Shown: in pieces, positions 55,266 to 64,000 of the stretch
How positions within the stretch are numbered: the first letter of the stretch is position 1
How the letters are laid out: the number at the start of each line of letters is the position of its first letter
Virus record (IMG/VR): IMGVR_UViG_2850949226_000002
Reading direction: 5' to 3' (one strand)
Length of the DNA: 64,000 nt
DNA from: an uncultured virus (IMG/VR IMGVR_UViG_2850949226_000002)
Taxonomy: Duplodnaviria > Heunggongvirae > Uroviricota > Caudoviricetes
Made by a program: the position numbers and the translations under genes
Notes under the pieces: generated by a model
Seen by the model: the letters and a program-made list of their open reading frames with translations, nothing else
Database searches by the model: none
What the model was told of the DNA's origin: nothing

Positions 55266-57314
55266 ATGCCGAATTACCCTTATAAAAAAGCAGGCAATGC
55301 TTTCGATCGTGATTTTAGAAACAGCTACAATGACAATCTAGTGGATATTGCGGAAGACATTAGTGGATCATACAATGGATTAAAATCTCATATTAAAGGT
55401 CAGGCATCCCATACGTCCGATCAAATAAGCCACCTTGACGGGTTAACAGTCTCAGATGAGATTGAGAAAACGAAAAAACGGATCAATAACCTAATTTTAA
55501 ACGCGGACGGAACAAATATAAAAGAGGTTGTAGACCTCCGAGTGAATAATAAAGGGGAAGTTTTCGATACAGCCAACGATCGATTATTCAATACAGAAAG
55601 TAGAATTGATAACCTTTATGGGGAGCAAGTAAAAAGAGATCGAAAGTTCGAGGAGTACCTTAATTATCAAAAAATTATATTCTCTGTTTTGGCCAGGGAT
55701 AACTCTCTGCCATTCCCACAAGCCATTTCTATAAATCAAGAAGACGATGAGTTGTATATTGCAAGGCAAGAAAACGGTGGTAGTGTTTGTATCATTTCGC
55801 GCTATGAACTATCTACATCAGCTCTGAAGGATTCCCAACAATTTACGATCACAAGTTCAACGTATAACGAGGGTATTCCTTGGTTTAAGAACTCAGAAGG
55901 GGAATTGTGCTTTCTTGTGAGGCAGCAGTTTGAAAATGAGCTTTCTATCTTTAACTATACCACTGGGGAAATAGAAGAAACGATGGAAGTTCTCGGATCA
56001 TATAAGACGGGAAATGATATCGATAAAAAATACTTCGTTTCCGGAAACTCAACGAATGAGAGAATGGACCGGATATACATTTATGATTTTCAAAGTATTA
56101 TCGCAGGAAGTCCTAGATTGCTAATGGAGGTCTCAGTAAACAACCAAGAGATTATGTTTGAAAAGGTACAAGGGATTACTTTCCATGATAATAAAATTGT
56201 CTTAGGACAAGGAAAAGATTACCCTGCGATTACCGTCCTTAATCTAGACGGAAGCATTGCTAAGTCGTATTCATTCTCGAAAGAGTCATTCGCTGACTTA
56301 ATTGAGCAGAACTACGATTTTGACAGAGTCAATTACGCCTTCGAAAATGAGGGTGTTTGTATGTTTAATTATGATGGATACGTTATTCCGGCTCTGATGC
56401 AAATAGCGGTTGAAAGAAGCGGTAGGGAACTGGTATTTGTGACGTTAGCTGGAGCGCAAGACGGAAAGCTAATCGAGACTGCTCCGCGACCGCGGCCGAA
56501 TATCACAGATATAACGTACGATAAAGTCGCATTGCATATGCCGAACAGGAACTTCGTAACTAACGGAGCCTTCGACGTATGGCAGCGTGGAACTAGTTTT
56601 ACTGATGATGGTGTATTCACTGCTGACAGGTGGCTCGTTAATGCTGTTGGTACCAATGAGAGCGGGATCAATCGGACTGAAAGAGTGAAAAAGCCGATGA
56701 GTGCTCCTTTTTCTAATAAGTATGGTTTAAGAATAACGAAATTGAAAAATGTTCCGGATCTCTCGAGAACTGATTTAATACAGCGAATAGAAAATCCAAC
56801 TCAGTTTAAAAGCGGCGAAGATTATACTTTAGCTTTATGGGCGAGGACCAATAAATCCTCTCACAGAATGAAACTTCATCTTGATATGACACATGATGGA
56901 AAACACGACAATCTTGCAATCCGTTCTTGTCAAGTAACAACCAGGCTCACATTCTTTGTATTGAACATAAAGATGCCTGATATGTCAGCTTATAAATTTA
57001 AGGAAGAAGACTACGTTGAAGTTCAAATAGATGTCGACACAACAAACAGTTCTTCCTATGATAGTTTGGCTCCCGGCGAATGGGTAGAATTTTACCTAGT
57101 CAAATTAGAAAAAGGAAGATTTGCTACGCCATATGTCGCACGTCCTCTAACTGAAGAAATAGCCGAGTGTCAAAGATATTACCAAGTCCTCAGCACCGGC
57201 TCTGTAAAGCAAGTTGATCTTAGGCCGATGATGCGTAAAACGCCAACAGTTACACAAAGATCTGACGGGAATTACGGGTACGATGCGGAGCTACCTGAAA
57301 CTCCAACATACTAA
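55266..57314 (+). CDS. Receptor-binding/baseplate protein (beta-propeller plus carbohydrate-binding-like domain)
   Basis: EVVDLR N-terminus, QGI...ENEG propeller motifs, NG.FDVWQRG...CQRYYQ module. Confidence 0.7.
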   Translation: MPNYPYKKAGNAFDRDFRNSYNDNLVDIAEDISGSYNGLKSHIKGQASHTSDQISHLDGLTVSDEIEKTKKRINNLILNADGTNIKEVVDLRVNNKGEVFDTANDRLFNTESRIDNLYGEQVKRDRKFEEYLNYQKIIFSVLARDNSLPFPQAISINQEDDELYIARQENGGSVCIISRYELSTSALKDSQQFTITSSTYNEGIPWFKNSEGELCFLVRQQFENELSIFNYTTGEIEETMEVLGSYKTGNDIDKKYFVSGNSTNERMDRIYIYDFQSIIAGSPRLLMEVSVNNQEIMFEKVQGITFHDNKIVLGQGKDYPAITVLNLDGSIAKSYSFSKESFADLIEQNYDFDRVNYAFENEGVCMFNYDGYVIPALMQIAVERSGRELVFVTLAGAQDGKLIETAPRPRPNITDITYDKVALHMPNRNFVTNGAFDVWQRGTSFTDDGVFTADRWLVNAVGTNESGINRTERVKKPMSAPFSNKYGLRITKLKNVPDLSRTDLIQRIENPTQFKSGEDYTLALWARTNKSSHRMKLHLDMTHDGKHDNLAIRSCQVTTRLTFFVLNIKMPDMSAYKFKEEDYVEVQIDVDTTNSSSYDSLAPGEWVEFYLVKLEKGRFATPYVARPLTEEIAECQRYYQVLSTGSVKQVDLRPMMRKTPTVTQRSDGNYGYDAELPETPTY

Positions 57315-57334
57315 AAGAAAGGGAGGTAATACTG

Positions 57335-58774
57335 TTGGCTATTTATAAAACCGGCTCTTACACGTTTGATATAAACCCGATAACAGAAGGAAATTATAAT
57401 TCAGCTTTTATATTTTCGACGCAAGATATTAATACGGCAAAGTTGATATTTTATTTACGCAAGGACGGCATCCCTTTGCCCCTATCAGCTGTGACCGGGA
57501 AAGTAATCCTCGTTCCGCCAAGCGGCAAGCAAAGAATACGGGACGTCACGATAGTTGATCCGTTTGAAGGTATCGCAGAGTACGTTTTAGACAAGGACGA
57601 AATTAAAATGTATGGCAAATTCAATTGTCAGCTCATTCTAAAGTATACGAACGGACAGTCACTCTCTGCGCACAAATTCGGCTTTGAAGTATCGCAAAGT
57701 CTTGCGGACCAGAATATCGCACCTCTTGCGGAATATTACGTCGATGATTTTGAATCGTTAAAAGCGTTGATCATCGCGTTGTATGACGAAGAAACAGCGA
57801 TGCTCGACGAATTAAAAGCGAAGTTCTCGGACCTCGACCGGATCGAGACGAAAGAGGGAGCGCAGGAAAAGGCGGATGCTGCGGAAGCTCACGCAAAGGC
57901 TTATACGGATGCACACGCAGCTAAGACGGACAATCCGCACAAGGTAACGAAAGCGCAGGTCGGGTTATCCAACGTTGATAACGTCAAGCAAGCGACGAAA
58001 ACAGAGTTTGATAGCCATGCTAATAATAAGAGCAACCCTCACGCTGTAACGAAGGCACAAGTTGGATTGGCTAACGTTGACAACGTAAAACAGGCAGCGA
58101 AAACGGATTTTGATGCACATACTGCGGATAATGTACGCCATATTACCGCTGATGAGCGGACTAAGTGGAATAAGGGGCAACTGTATAAATTGACACAAGA
58201 TAATGGTGTGCGAATCCTTATTCCTGATGGTACTGATTTATTAACTTTGCCGCCTGGTTTTTATTACGGTATCAATAATAGACTGCTTAATAACCCCGAC
58301 CCTAATGATGCTGGATGGTTCAATTATGACATTATGGATGGAAACTCTGGAAGAAAAACAATTATAGCCACAGCAAGTTACCACAATAAGATGTAGTTCG
58401 CAACCATCCACACAGATGGAGTCTTTAGGGGCTGGAATCGTATTATAACTGCTAATGATCTTGAGCCTGCATGGACTGAAGTTCCTTTGAAAAACGGTGC
58501 GGAACATGGGGCTAGAAAAGTTATGTGTGCAAATGTTGGGGGCTTGCTTTATTTAAAGGGTGAGATCATCACTAATAGGAGTGTAGTTTTCGGAACCCTC
58601 CCGGCATCTTATAGACCTGCCCAACTACGCAGCAAGCTTGTTCCTATATTCGGTACAACAGGGATGACTAAATTGTATATTGAAACAAACGGAAATATGA
58701 GGCTGGAGGGGCAAATCGCTGATAAGTCCGAGAACATAACTTCTTATGGTTTGGACGAAATTATTCCCCTGTAG
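57335..58774 (+). pseudogene. BppU-like baseplate/fibre gene interrupted by in-frame TAG at 58394-58396
   Basis: Frame continues after the stop (NKM*FATIHTDGVFRGW) in frame into ORF 58487-58774. Confidence 0.8.
57908..58140 (+). repeat. 34-aa (102-bp) tandem fibre repeats
   Basis: NPH.VTKAQVGL.NVDNVKQA.KT.FD.H twice plus a partial third. Confidence 0.85.
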
Positions 58775-58786
58775 GAGAGATAAATC

Positions 58787-59083
58787 ATGAAAAACATTTT
58801 TAAATATGACAAAGAGACGTTCTTGTTAATTGATAATGATATTATTCAGCCTGATGATCAAGGGAATTATGAAATTCCGGATGGGTGGACAGACATTCCA
58901 TTTGACCCGGGTTTATATCTTCCGAAGTTTTATCCGGACGAAAAGGTGTGGAAGGAATCGGCTACAAAAGAGTATATTGAAAGCTTGCAGCCTCCGGAGC
59001 CTGATCCCGGACCGTCAGAAACCGAGGTTCTCCAGAAACAAGTGGCGGATTTATACTACTTAATCGCGTTAGGAGGTTCGTAA
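58787..59083 (+). CDS. Fibre-associated/XkdW-like protein
   Basis: IP.GWTD...LY.PKF...W.E and LQKQVADL motifs. Confidence 0.65.
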   Translation: MKNIFKYDKETFLLIDNDIIQPDDQGNYEIPDGWTDIPFDPGLYLPKFYPDEKVWKESATKEYIESLQPPEPDPGPSETEVLQKQVADLYYLIALGGS

Positions 59084-59278
59084 ATGCCAATCGATTGGTA
59101 CACGTATATTAAAGGATTCTACGAAGACGGTCTTTGGACGAAAAAGCAAGTGCATGACGTTGTGGCTGCCGGACGGATCACGCCGGAACAATACGAGGAA
59201 ATTACCGGAGATCCTTACGATCCTGATTCGCCGCCAAACGAAGACGAAAACGTAACTAATAGCGAACAGGAGGCGTAG
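59084..59278 (+). CDS. xkdX: XkdX-family protein
   Basis: IK.FY..GLW...V..G.ITPEQYEEITG..Y. Confidence 0.85.
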   Translation: MPIDWYTYIKGFYEDGLWTKKQVHDVVAAGRITPEQYEEITGDPYDPDSPPNEDENVTNSEQEA

Positions 59279-59281
59279 TCA

Positions 59282-59545
59282 TTGGGCGAACCGTCGAACA
59301 ACGAATTGCACGGTAAGATTGCCGATATTCGCGAATGGCTTGTACGAATCGATACGAAGGTCGACTATTTCAACGAAGTAAAACATACGGCAGATCGAGC
59401 GCATGAAAAGGCGGATGAGGCGTTGGCACTCGCGAAAGAAAGTCGGGCGGATATCTCCGACATGAAAGCAAATACGAAATGGTTATGGGGCGTAATTCTC
59501 ACGGTCGTCGGGTTAGCGATCTCGGGAATTGCGCTATTTTTATGA
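59282..59545 (+). CDS. XhlA-like lysis-associated membrane protein
   Basis: Coiled coil, then NTKWLW and a C-terminal TM helix. Confidence 0.75.
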   Translation: MGEPSNNELHGKIADIREWLVRIDTKVDYFNEVKHTADRAHEKADEALALAKESRADISDMKANTKWLWGVILTVVGLAISGIALFL

Positions 59546-59578
59546 GCCCGTTCGGCGAGAGTCCGGCGGGCTTTTTAT
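59545..59578 (+). terminator. Terminator-like hairpin before endolysin
   Basis: agcccgttcgg...ccggcgggct followed by T-tract. Confidence 0.6.
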
Positions 59579-59611
59579 ATACGCAAAATTAACGAAAAGG
59601 GAGACGATTAG

Positions 59612-60547
59612 ATGGCGATTTCAGTCAAGAAAAACCTCGTCGCATCAAGCAAATATCACGTTAAGTGTCCGTATTCAATGGATGCGAAGTACATTACGTT
59701 TCACAATACGGCGAACGACGCTTCAGCAGCGAATGAAATTGCGTACATGATCCGCAATAACAACCAAGTATCGTATCACTTTGCGGTAGACGATAAAGAG
59801 GTCGTTCAGGGGATTCCGACAAACCGTAACGCATGGCATTGCGGAGACGGCAACGGACCAGGCAACCGTTCATCTATCGGCGTCGAGGTTTGCTATTCGA
59901 AATCAGGCGGCGCTAAGTATAAAGCGGCCGAAAAACTTGCGATTAAATTCATCGCTCAGCTTTTAAAAGAGCGCGGTTGGGGCGTTGATCGCGTTAAAAA
60001 ACACCAGGATTGGAGCGGAAAATACTGCCCGCACCGTGTACTCGATGAGGGGCGTTGGGATGCGGTGAAAGCGGCCATCGCTACGGAATTGAAGGCGCTC
60101 GGAGGAAAGTCGTCTAGCCCGGCGAAACCAGCGGCTAAGCCATCCGGTGCAACTTATACCGTAAAGAAAGGCGACACGCTTTCGGAAATCGCGGTTAAAA
60201 CAGGCGTTAGTGTGGCGAAACTCCAGTCCTATAACGGTATTAAAAATCCGAACAAAATCATGGTCGGCCAGGTTCTGAATCTTACGGGAAGCAGCGGTTC
60301 CAAACCGTCATCAAGCGGTAAGAAATGCGTATATCTTCCGGCATCTGCCGACTCATGGCGCATCTATCCGACTAACAAAGCGCCGGTCAAAGGGAACGAA
60401 TGCGGATTCTTGCGGCCGAAGAAATTTGGCGGTCTTAAATACGAGATCCTTGCGAACCCTCAAACGGACGTCTATACAATCAAGACGGATCAGTTCGGAA
60501 AAGTGAATATCTACGCGGCGAAATCAACTGGCGCAACTATTAAATAA
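59612..60547 (+). CDS. Endolysin, N-acetylmuramoyl-L-alanine amidase with LysM (XlyA-like)
   Basis: [40 protein letters not shown]ysM. Confidence 0.95.
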   Translation: MAISVKKNLVASSKYHVKCPYSMDAKYITFHNTANDASAANEIAYMIRNNNQVSYHFAVDDKEVVQGIPTNRNAWHCGDGNGPGNRSSIGVEVCYSKSGGAKYKAAEKLAIKFIAQLLKERGWGVDRVKKHQDWSGKYCPHRVLDEGRWDAVKAAIATELKALGGKSSSPAKPAAKPSGATYTVKKGDTLSEIAVKTGVSVAKLQSYNGIKNPNKIMVGQVLNLTGSSGSKPSSSGKKCVYLPASADSWRIYPTNKAPVKGNECGFLRPKKFGGLKYEILANPQTDVYTIKTDQFGKVNIYAAKSTGATIK

Positions 60548-60568
60548 CAGAAAAGGGAGACGATATAA

Positions 60569-60826
60569 ATGGAAGAAGTATTATTATTTGCGACTGTGTT
60601 GGCGCCCATCCTAACGGCGCTTGTTCAACTTGTTAAGAAAACGATTAACATGCCGACCAATGTTGTGCCTGCGGTTAGCTTCGTTTTAGGAATCGCACTC
60701 GGAGCCGTGGCCTATCCGTTTACGGACCTCGAACTAGTATTGCGGTTGTGGGCCGGCGGTTTTGCGGGACTGGCTGCGACGGGTCTTTTCGAGATCGGCG
60801 CAAAACGTGAAGGAACGACTAAGTAA
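60569..60826 (+). CDS. Holin
   Basis: Three hydrophobic segments; ALVQLVKK...GLAATGLFE. Confidence 0.88.
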   Translation: MEEVLLFATVLAPILTALVQLVKKTINMPTNVVPAVSFVLGIALGAVAYPFTDLELVLRLWAGGFAGLAATGLFEIGAKREGTTK

Positions 60827-60914
60827 GCGGAACTTTTGGCGGGCGCCTGCGTATAAATTCGTAGGTGCTCGTATACATAAATCAGCTATAATATAAATAA
60901 CGGAGGTTGATCGA

Positions 60915-61232
60915 ATGGATTTCGTACGTGTAGAAGTACTGAAGAGGCGGATGTCGGTTGGGCGTATAATTCCTCGCGTTCTTTCAGGCCTAATTGGATT
61001 GTTCTTGTTGTTGATCAGCATAATATTGTTCGTTACTATTATCGGTATACTGCCAGGAATAGGTTTAGGCGGCATCGGACTCCTCTTCTTAGTCGGAGCA
61101 TTTACGGGCAGTGAGCAGTTCGAATGCCCTCGTTGCGGATTCAAAAAGAATATTATTCTATACGGAAAACATAACGCAAGCTGTCGAAAATGTAAACAAA
61201 ACATATCGATAGACTGGATAAAGGATAAATAA
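60915..61232 (+). CDS. Two-TM protein with C-terminal zinc ribbon
   Basis: TM hairpin and CPRC...CRKC. Confidence 0.75.
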   Translation: MDFVRVEVLKRRMSVGRIIPRVLSGLIGLFLLLISIILFVTIIGILPGIGLGGIGLLFLVGAFTGSEQFECPRCGFKKNIILYGKHNASCRKCKQNISIDWIKDK

Positions 61233-61268
61233 AAACTCTACCCTTATCCGGTAGAGTTTTTTTCTTTC
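61231..61268. terminator. Bidirectional terminator
   Basis: aaaaactctacc-cttatcc-ggtagagttttt. Confidence 0.85.
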
Positions 61269-61269
61269 T

Positions 61270-61536
61270 TTAATATATCTCATTTTCGCCGATTTTATCG
61301 GCTGCTACATACACCATTTCATCCTTATGCAGAATACTTCCTTTATACGAAGGTGACCCAAGAACGCTTTCTTTCTCTGTTTCACCATATAATTTAATGT
61401 TATAGACATCAGAGCTATGATTTTCTGTGGTGTTGAAATAAAGGTATAGTTCGTCTCTCTCGCTTTGTAGAGAAACTAATTCGCTACCAGACGGAACTAC
61501 GATTACATCACTGTATTTTTGTTTAATAATAGACAT
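61270..61536 (-). CDS. Hypothetical protein co-transcribed with the glycosyltransferase
   Basis: RBS GAGGAG; AT-rich. Confidence 0.7.
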   Translation of the reverse strand: MSIIKQKYSDVIVVPSGSELVSLQSERDELYLYFNTTENHSSDVYNIKLYGETEKESVLGSPSYKGSILHKDEMVYVAADKIGENEIY

Positions 61537-61556
61537 TTTATTCTCTCCTCGCGTTG

Positions 61557-63071
61557 TTACTTCGAAAGTTGTTTAAACAGGCCTAACCAATTCTTCTTAT
61601 AACGAGCATAACTAAACCGCTTGTACACATCCAATGAATTTTTCGCGAACTTTTTCTGTTTCTTGCTGTCCAACATTAATTCAATTACTTTTTCCGCAAC
61701 TTCTTCGTAGTTATTGTATTCTGTTAGGTATCCGTCTTTTCCGTCTCTGATAAGTGTTTCCGGTCCGTACTTCGTCCGGTAACTAACTACTGGCGTTTGG
61801 TTGGCTAGACTCTCCATGATCACTAGACAAAAGCCTTCAAAACGGGACGTCATAATAGACAATCCATGTTTTTGGATTTCTCTATTAACGTTATGGGTGA
61901 ACCCGTGAATATAAACATTGTTTTCGAGTTTCAACTCCTTTATTAACGCTTGTAAATTTTCTTTCTCTTTTCCATAACCAAAGATGTGATACTCGGCTTC
62001 TTTAATAGTATCGACTACAATACGGAAAGCTCGAATTCCGTCCGCGATATTTTTGCTGTCCTCCAAGCGAGCTAGTGTTATGGCTGATTTAGGATTTCGC
62101 TCAATTGATTCATCTAGTATTTCATCTTTGTCCAATGTGACCGCATGAGGAACTACAACAAATCGTTTATCCTTACCGTAGTCTTCCTCGACATCCCTTT
62201 TTTGTTCTTCAGTTAAGAAAACAATCGCATCGAATTCATCCCTGTGATCAAATATCTCTTTATACACGCGCCTATATGGAGATCCTTTAACGTGTGGCTT
62301 ATCAAGATGCGTATTATGCAAGGTTACGATTTTATAACAATCGTTGCTCACCTTACGGAAAACATCTAGTAATCCCAATTCATCAAGCATTAAAAACGGA
62401 TTCGTGTAATCTTTTAGAACAGACTCAACCCAATAGACGTGCGCATCAGTTATATGATTAAATGCTTTGTTAATTCCAGCGTGAATAACACACTTCGTTC
62501 TCTTCCCTGAAGAATTTACCCAAACAGATAAATAACATTCTTCATTAATATCATAATATTTTTCAAACGCAGGTTTGTTGTTCTGAAGGTTGTATCTAAT
62601 CTCACGTCTCTTTCTGCCGTTAAGATCATACTCAACTCTATGGGTACGTTGGAGATTAAGGTCACGATAATCAATGAACTTAAGTCTCATTTCTTCGTCG
62701 AATAGTTTGTACTTTACATAGTTCCCGTCCTTATCATAGTACCTGTAGCCATTTGTATTAGGGCGTTCATCTATATAGTGAGAAAGCCCATCCTCGACCA
62801 ACCCAAGCTCAGGAGATTTATCCTTATTAGAGATTCGCTCAGGTAAGTTGTAGAAGTGCTCGTGAAAATTGTATACCTCGATATTCTCCGCGAGTCTCCC
62901 TCTTTCTTTCATTCTAGAGATAATGTGTTCGTGGTTATTTTGAAAATTAAGAGTTAGAAACGAGACTTCTCCCCGCTCTGTAGCAACCATATTAGCACGT
63001 CTTTCGGTTGCGAGAGCCATTCCGGATCTAACTTCGTCTAAGAAATCAATAAGTATAAAATTATGATTCAT
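61557..63071 (-). CDS. GT4 glycosyltransferase, TagE/GtfA-like, probable teichoic-acid modifier
   Basis: LHNTH, VFLTEEQKRD, ARL...K, TSRFEGFCLVIMESL, KYGP motifs. Confidence 0.85.
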   Translation of the reverse strand: MNHNFILIDFLDEVRSGMALATERRANMVATERGEVSFLTLNFQNNHEHIISRMKERGRLAENIEVYNFHEHFYNLPERISNKDKSPELGLVEDGLSHYIDERPNTNGYRYYDKDGNYVKYKLFDEEMRLKFIDYRDLNLQRTHRVEYDLNGRKRREIRYNLQNNKPAFEKYYDINEECYLSVWVNSSGKRTKCVIHAGINKAFNHITDAHVYWVESVLKDYTNPFLMLDELGLLDVFRKVSNDCYKIVTLHNTHLDKPHVKGSPYRRVYKEIFDHRDEFDAIVFLTEEQKRDVEEDYGKDKRFVVVPHAVTLDKDEILDESIERNPKSAITLARLEDSKNIADGIRAFRIVVDTIKEAEYHIFGYGKEKENLQALIKELKLENNVYIHGFTHNVNREIQKHGLSIMTSRFEGFCLVIMESLANQTPVVSYRTKYGPETLIRDGKDGYLTEYNNYEEVAEKVIELMLDSKKQKKFAKNSLDVYKRFSYARYKKNWLGLFKQLSK

Positions 63072-63134
63072 GAAATTCTCCTTAGTAATTTATTACTATT
63101 AGTATACATTAAATTCGAATGCAAGTGTTACTGT

Positions 63135-63350
63135 TTACCTGTCCTTTTCTATTTCGATAATTTCCCGAACATCATCAATCTCAAACGTATTTACAATTCG
63201 TTCTAAGTGGTCGATTGAAACGCGGACAACATGGTTTCGAGAAAGTTGCGAAATTGCGGCTGGTCTGATCCCGACCTTTTCGGCGAATTCACCCTGATTT
63301 AGTCCGTAGCGATCCATTAGCTTATCGATTCGTAGAACTACTCGTCTCAT
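63135..63350 (-). CDS. XRE/HTH_26 repressor
   Basis: GLNQGEFAEKVGIRPAAISQL; RBS GGAGG. Confidence 0.88.
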   Translation of the reverse strand: MRRVVLRIDKLMDRYGLNQGEFAEKVGIRPAAISQLSRNHVVRVSIDHLERIVNTFEIDDVREIIEIEKDR

Positions 63351-63396
63351 CGTTCTGCCTCCAATCGTTTTATTTAATTATAATGCACGAAAGTGT

Positions 63397-63473
63397 TTTC
63401 GTAAATACGTAAAAAAGAAATTTACGCAAAAACGAAAATAATCGTTGACTAGTATTACGCATAAACGTAAAAT
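63397..63473 (+). promoter_or_regulatory. SigA promoter with three TTWCG-N6-CGWAA operator-like sites
   Basis: TTGACT (63445)-N17-TAAAAT; pseudo-palindromes at 63397, 63422 and 63455. Confidence 0.7.
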
Positions 63474-63509
63474 ACGTATTAACAAACGATACGTAAAGGC
63501 GGAATCATT

Positions 63510-64000
63510 ATGCATTATTTAGCGGAACACCAAACGTTCGACTCGACGGCCGAACTCAACGCGGCTGTCTACGAACACATCAAGCGCAATACATACGAAT
63601 TAAACGACACCGACCGGTTCACGCTGAAGACGATCGCTCGCTATGCGGTCAAATTTGCCGGAGCTGCGCATCTCAAAGCGGAGACACTCGCGGACCTGAT
63701 CGGAAAGTCCGTCAAGACTGCGCGTCGTGCCGTCAACAAACTCGCATCACTTTCGATCATCCAGAAGATCGCAACAACTCGGAAAATAAACGGCGGCCAC
63801 GGCGCCAATATCATCGTCATTCTCCCGGTCGGAAGAAGAGTCGAGGACACGCAACTGTCCGAAGATGACCAGTCGACAATGACCACGCGTGGGGATGCCG
63901 AAAAGCCAACGGAGCCAACGGATGAAGCGCCTAAAATTACGAATGAACCATCGGATTCTATAAATCTTTCAAAAAATCACGTAATAGATACGGTGCCGGC
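63510..64000 (+). CDS. Initiator-like wHTH protein, truncated by window end (not in ORF track)
   Basis: MHYLAEHQTF...AETLADLIGKSVKTARRAVNKL...GGHGANIIVILP; frame open to the window end. Confidence 0.75.
   Translation, partial: MHYLAEHQTFDSTAELNAAVYEHIKRNTYELNDTDRFTLKTIARYAVKFAGAAHLKAETLADLIGKSVKTARRAVNKLASLSIIQKIATTRKINGGHGANIIVILPVGRRVEDTQLSEDDQSTMTTRGDAEKPTEPTDEAPKITNEPSDSINLSKNHVIDTVP

Larger units (their letters stand above)
1..64000. mobile_element. Temperate siphophage/prophage (HK97-like head, cos packaging), Bacillus host inferred; right end truncated
   Basis: Continuous integrase-replication-packaging-head-tail-lysis gene order; no host housekeeping genes seen. Confidence 0.97.

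Noticed and set aside
1..64000. attL/attR sites and tRNA genes
   Set aside because: No terminal direct repeat or cloverleaf was recognised by eye; the boundaries probably lie outside the window

Overview
The whole window is one temperate siphovirus genome or prophage, inferred to infect a Bacillus subtilis-group host. It starts at the integrase ATG and is cut off inside a gene at the right end; no host genes or att sites are recognisable. Gene order: tyrosine integrase; early genes; replication block (loader, helicase, primase); two small HTH genes divergent from an arbitrium-type aimR-aimP pair (predicted peptide DPVPGG) followed by a sigma-like regulator; SSB, PolA, Cas4-like exonuclease, RuvC; nucleotide metabolism (nrdIEF, dut, thyX remnant, dNMP kinase); solitary N6-methyltransferase; second sigma-like regulator; T7SS-type lipase toxin cassette; HK97-like cos packaging, head and tail genes with three programmed frameshifts; lysis genes; TagE-like glycosyltransferase moron. 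The most unusual signal is three non-coding origin-like modules (about 2.5, 35.0 and 37.5 kb). Each has different iterons and lies near a different initiator-like wHTH gene, but all share the exact 13-mer TATCGCGATAAAG plus flanking motifs; a fourth initiator-like gene begins at the window end. Also seen: three classes of repeated promoter-like motifs, a ~490-nt highly structured late leader, and signs of decay (one frameshift, one amber stop in a baseplate/fibre gene, a thyX deletion). All product calls come from motif recognition, not database searches.
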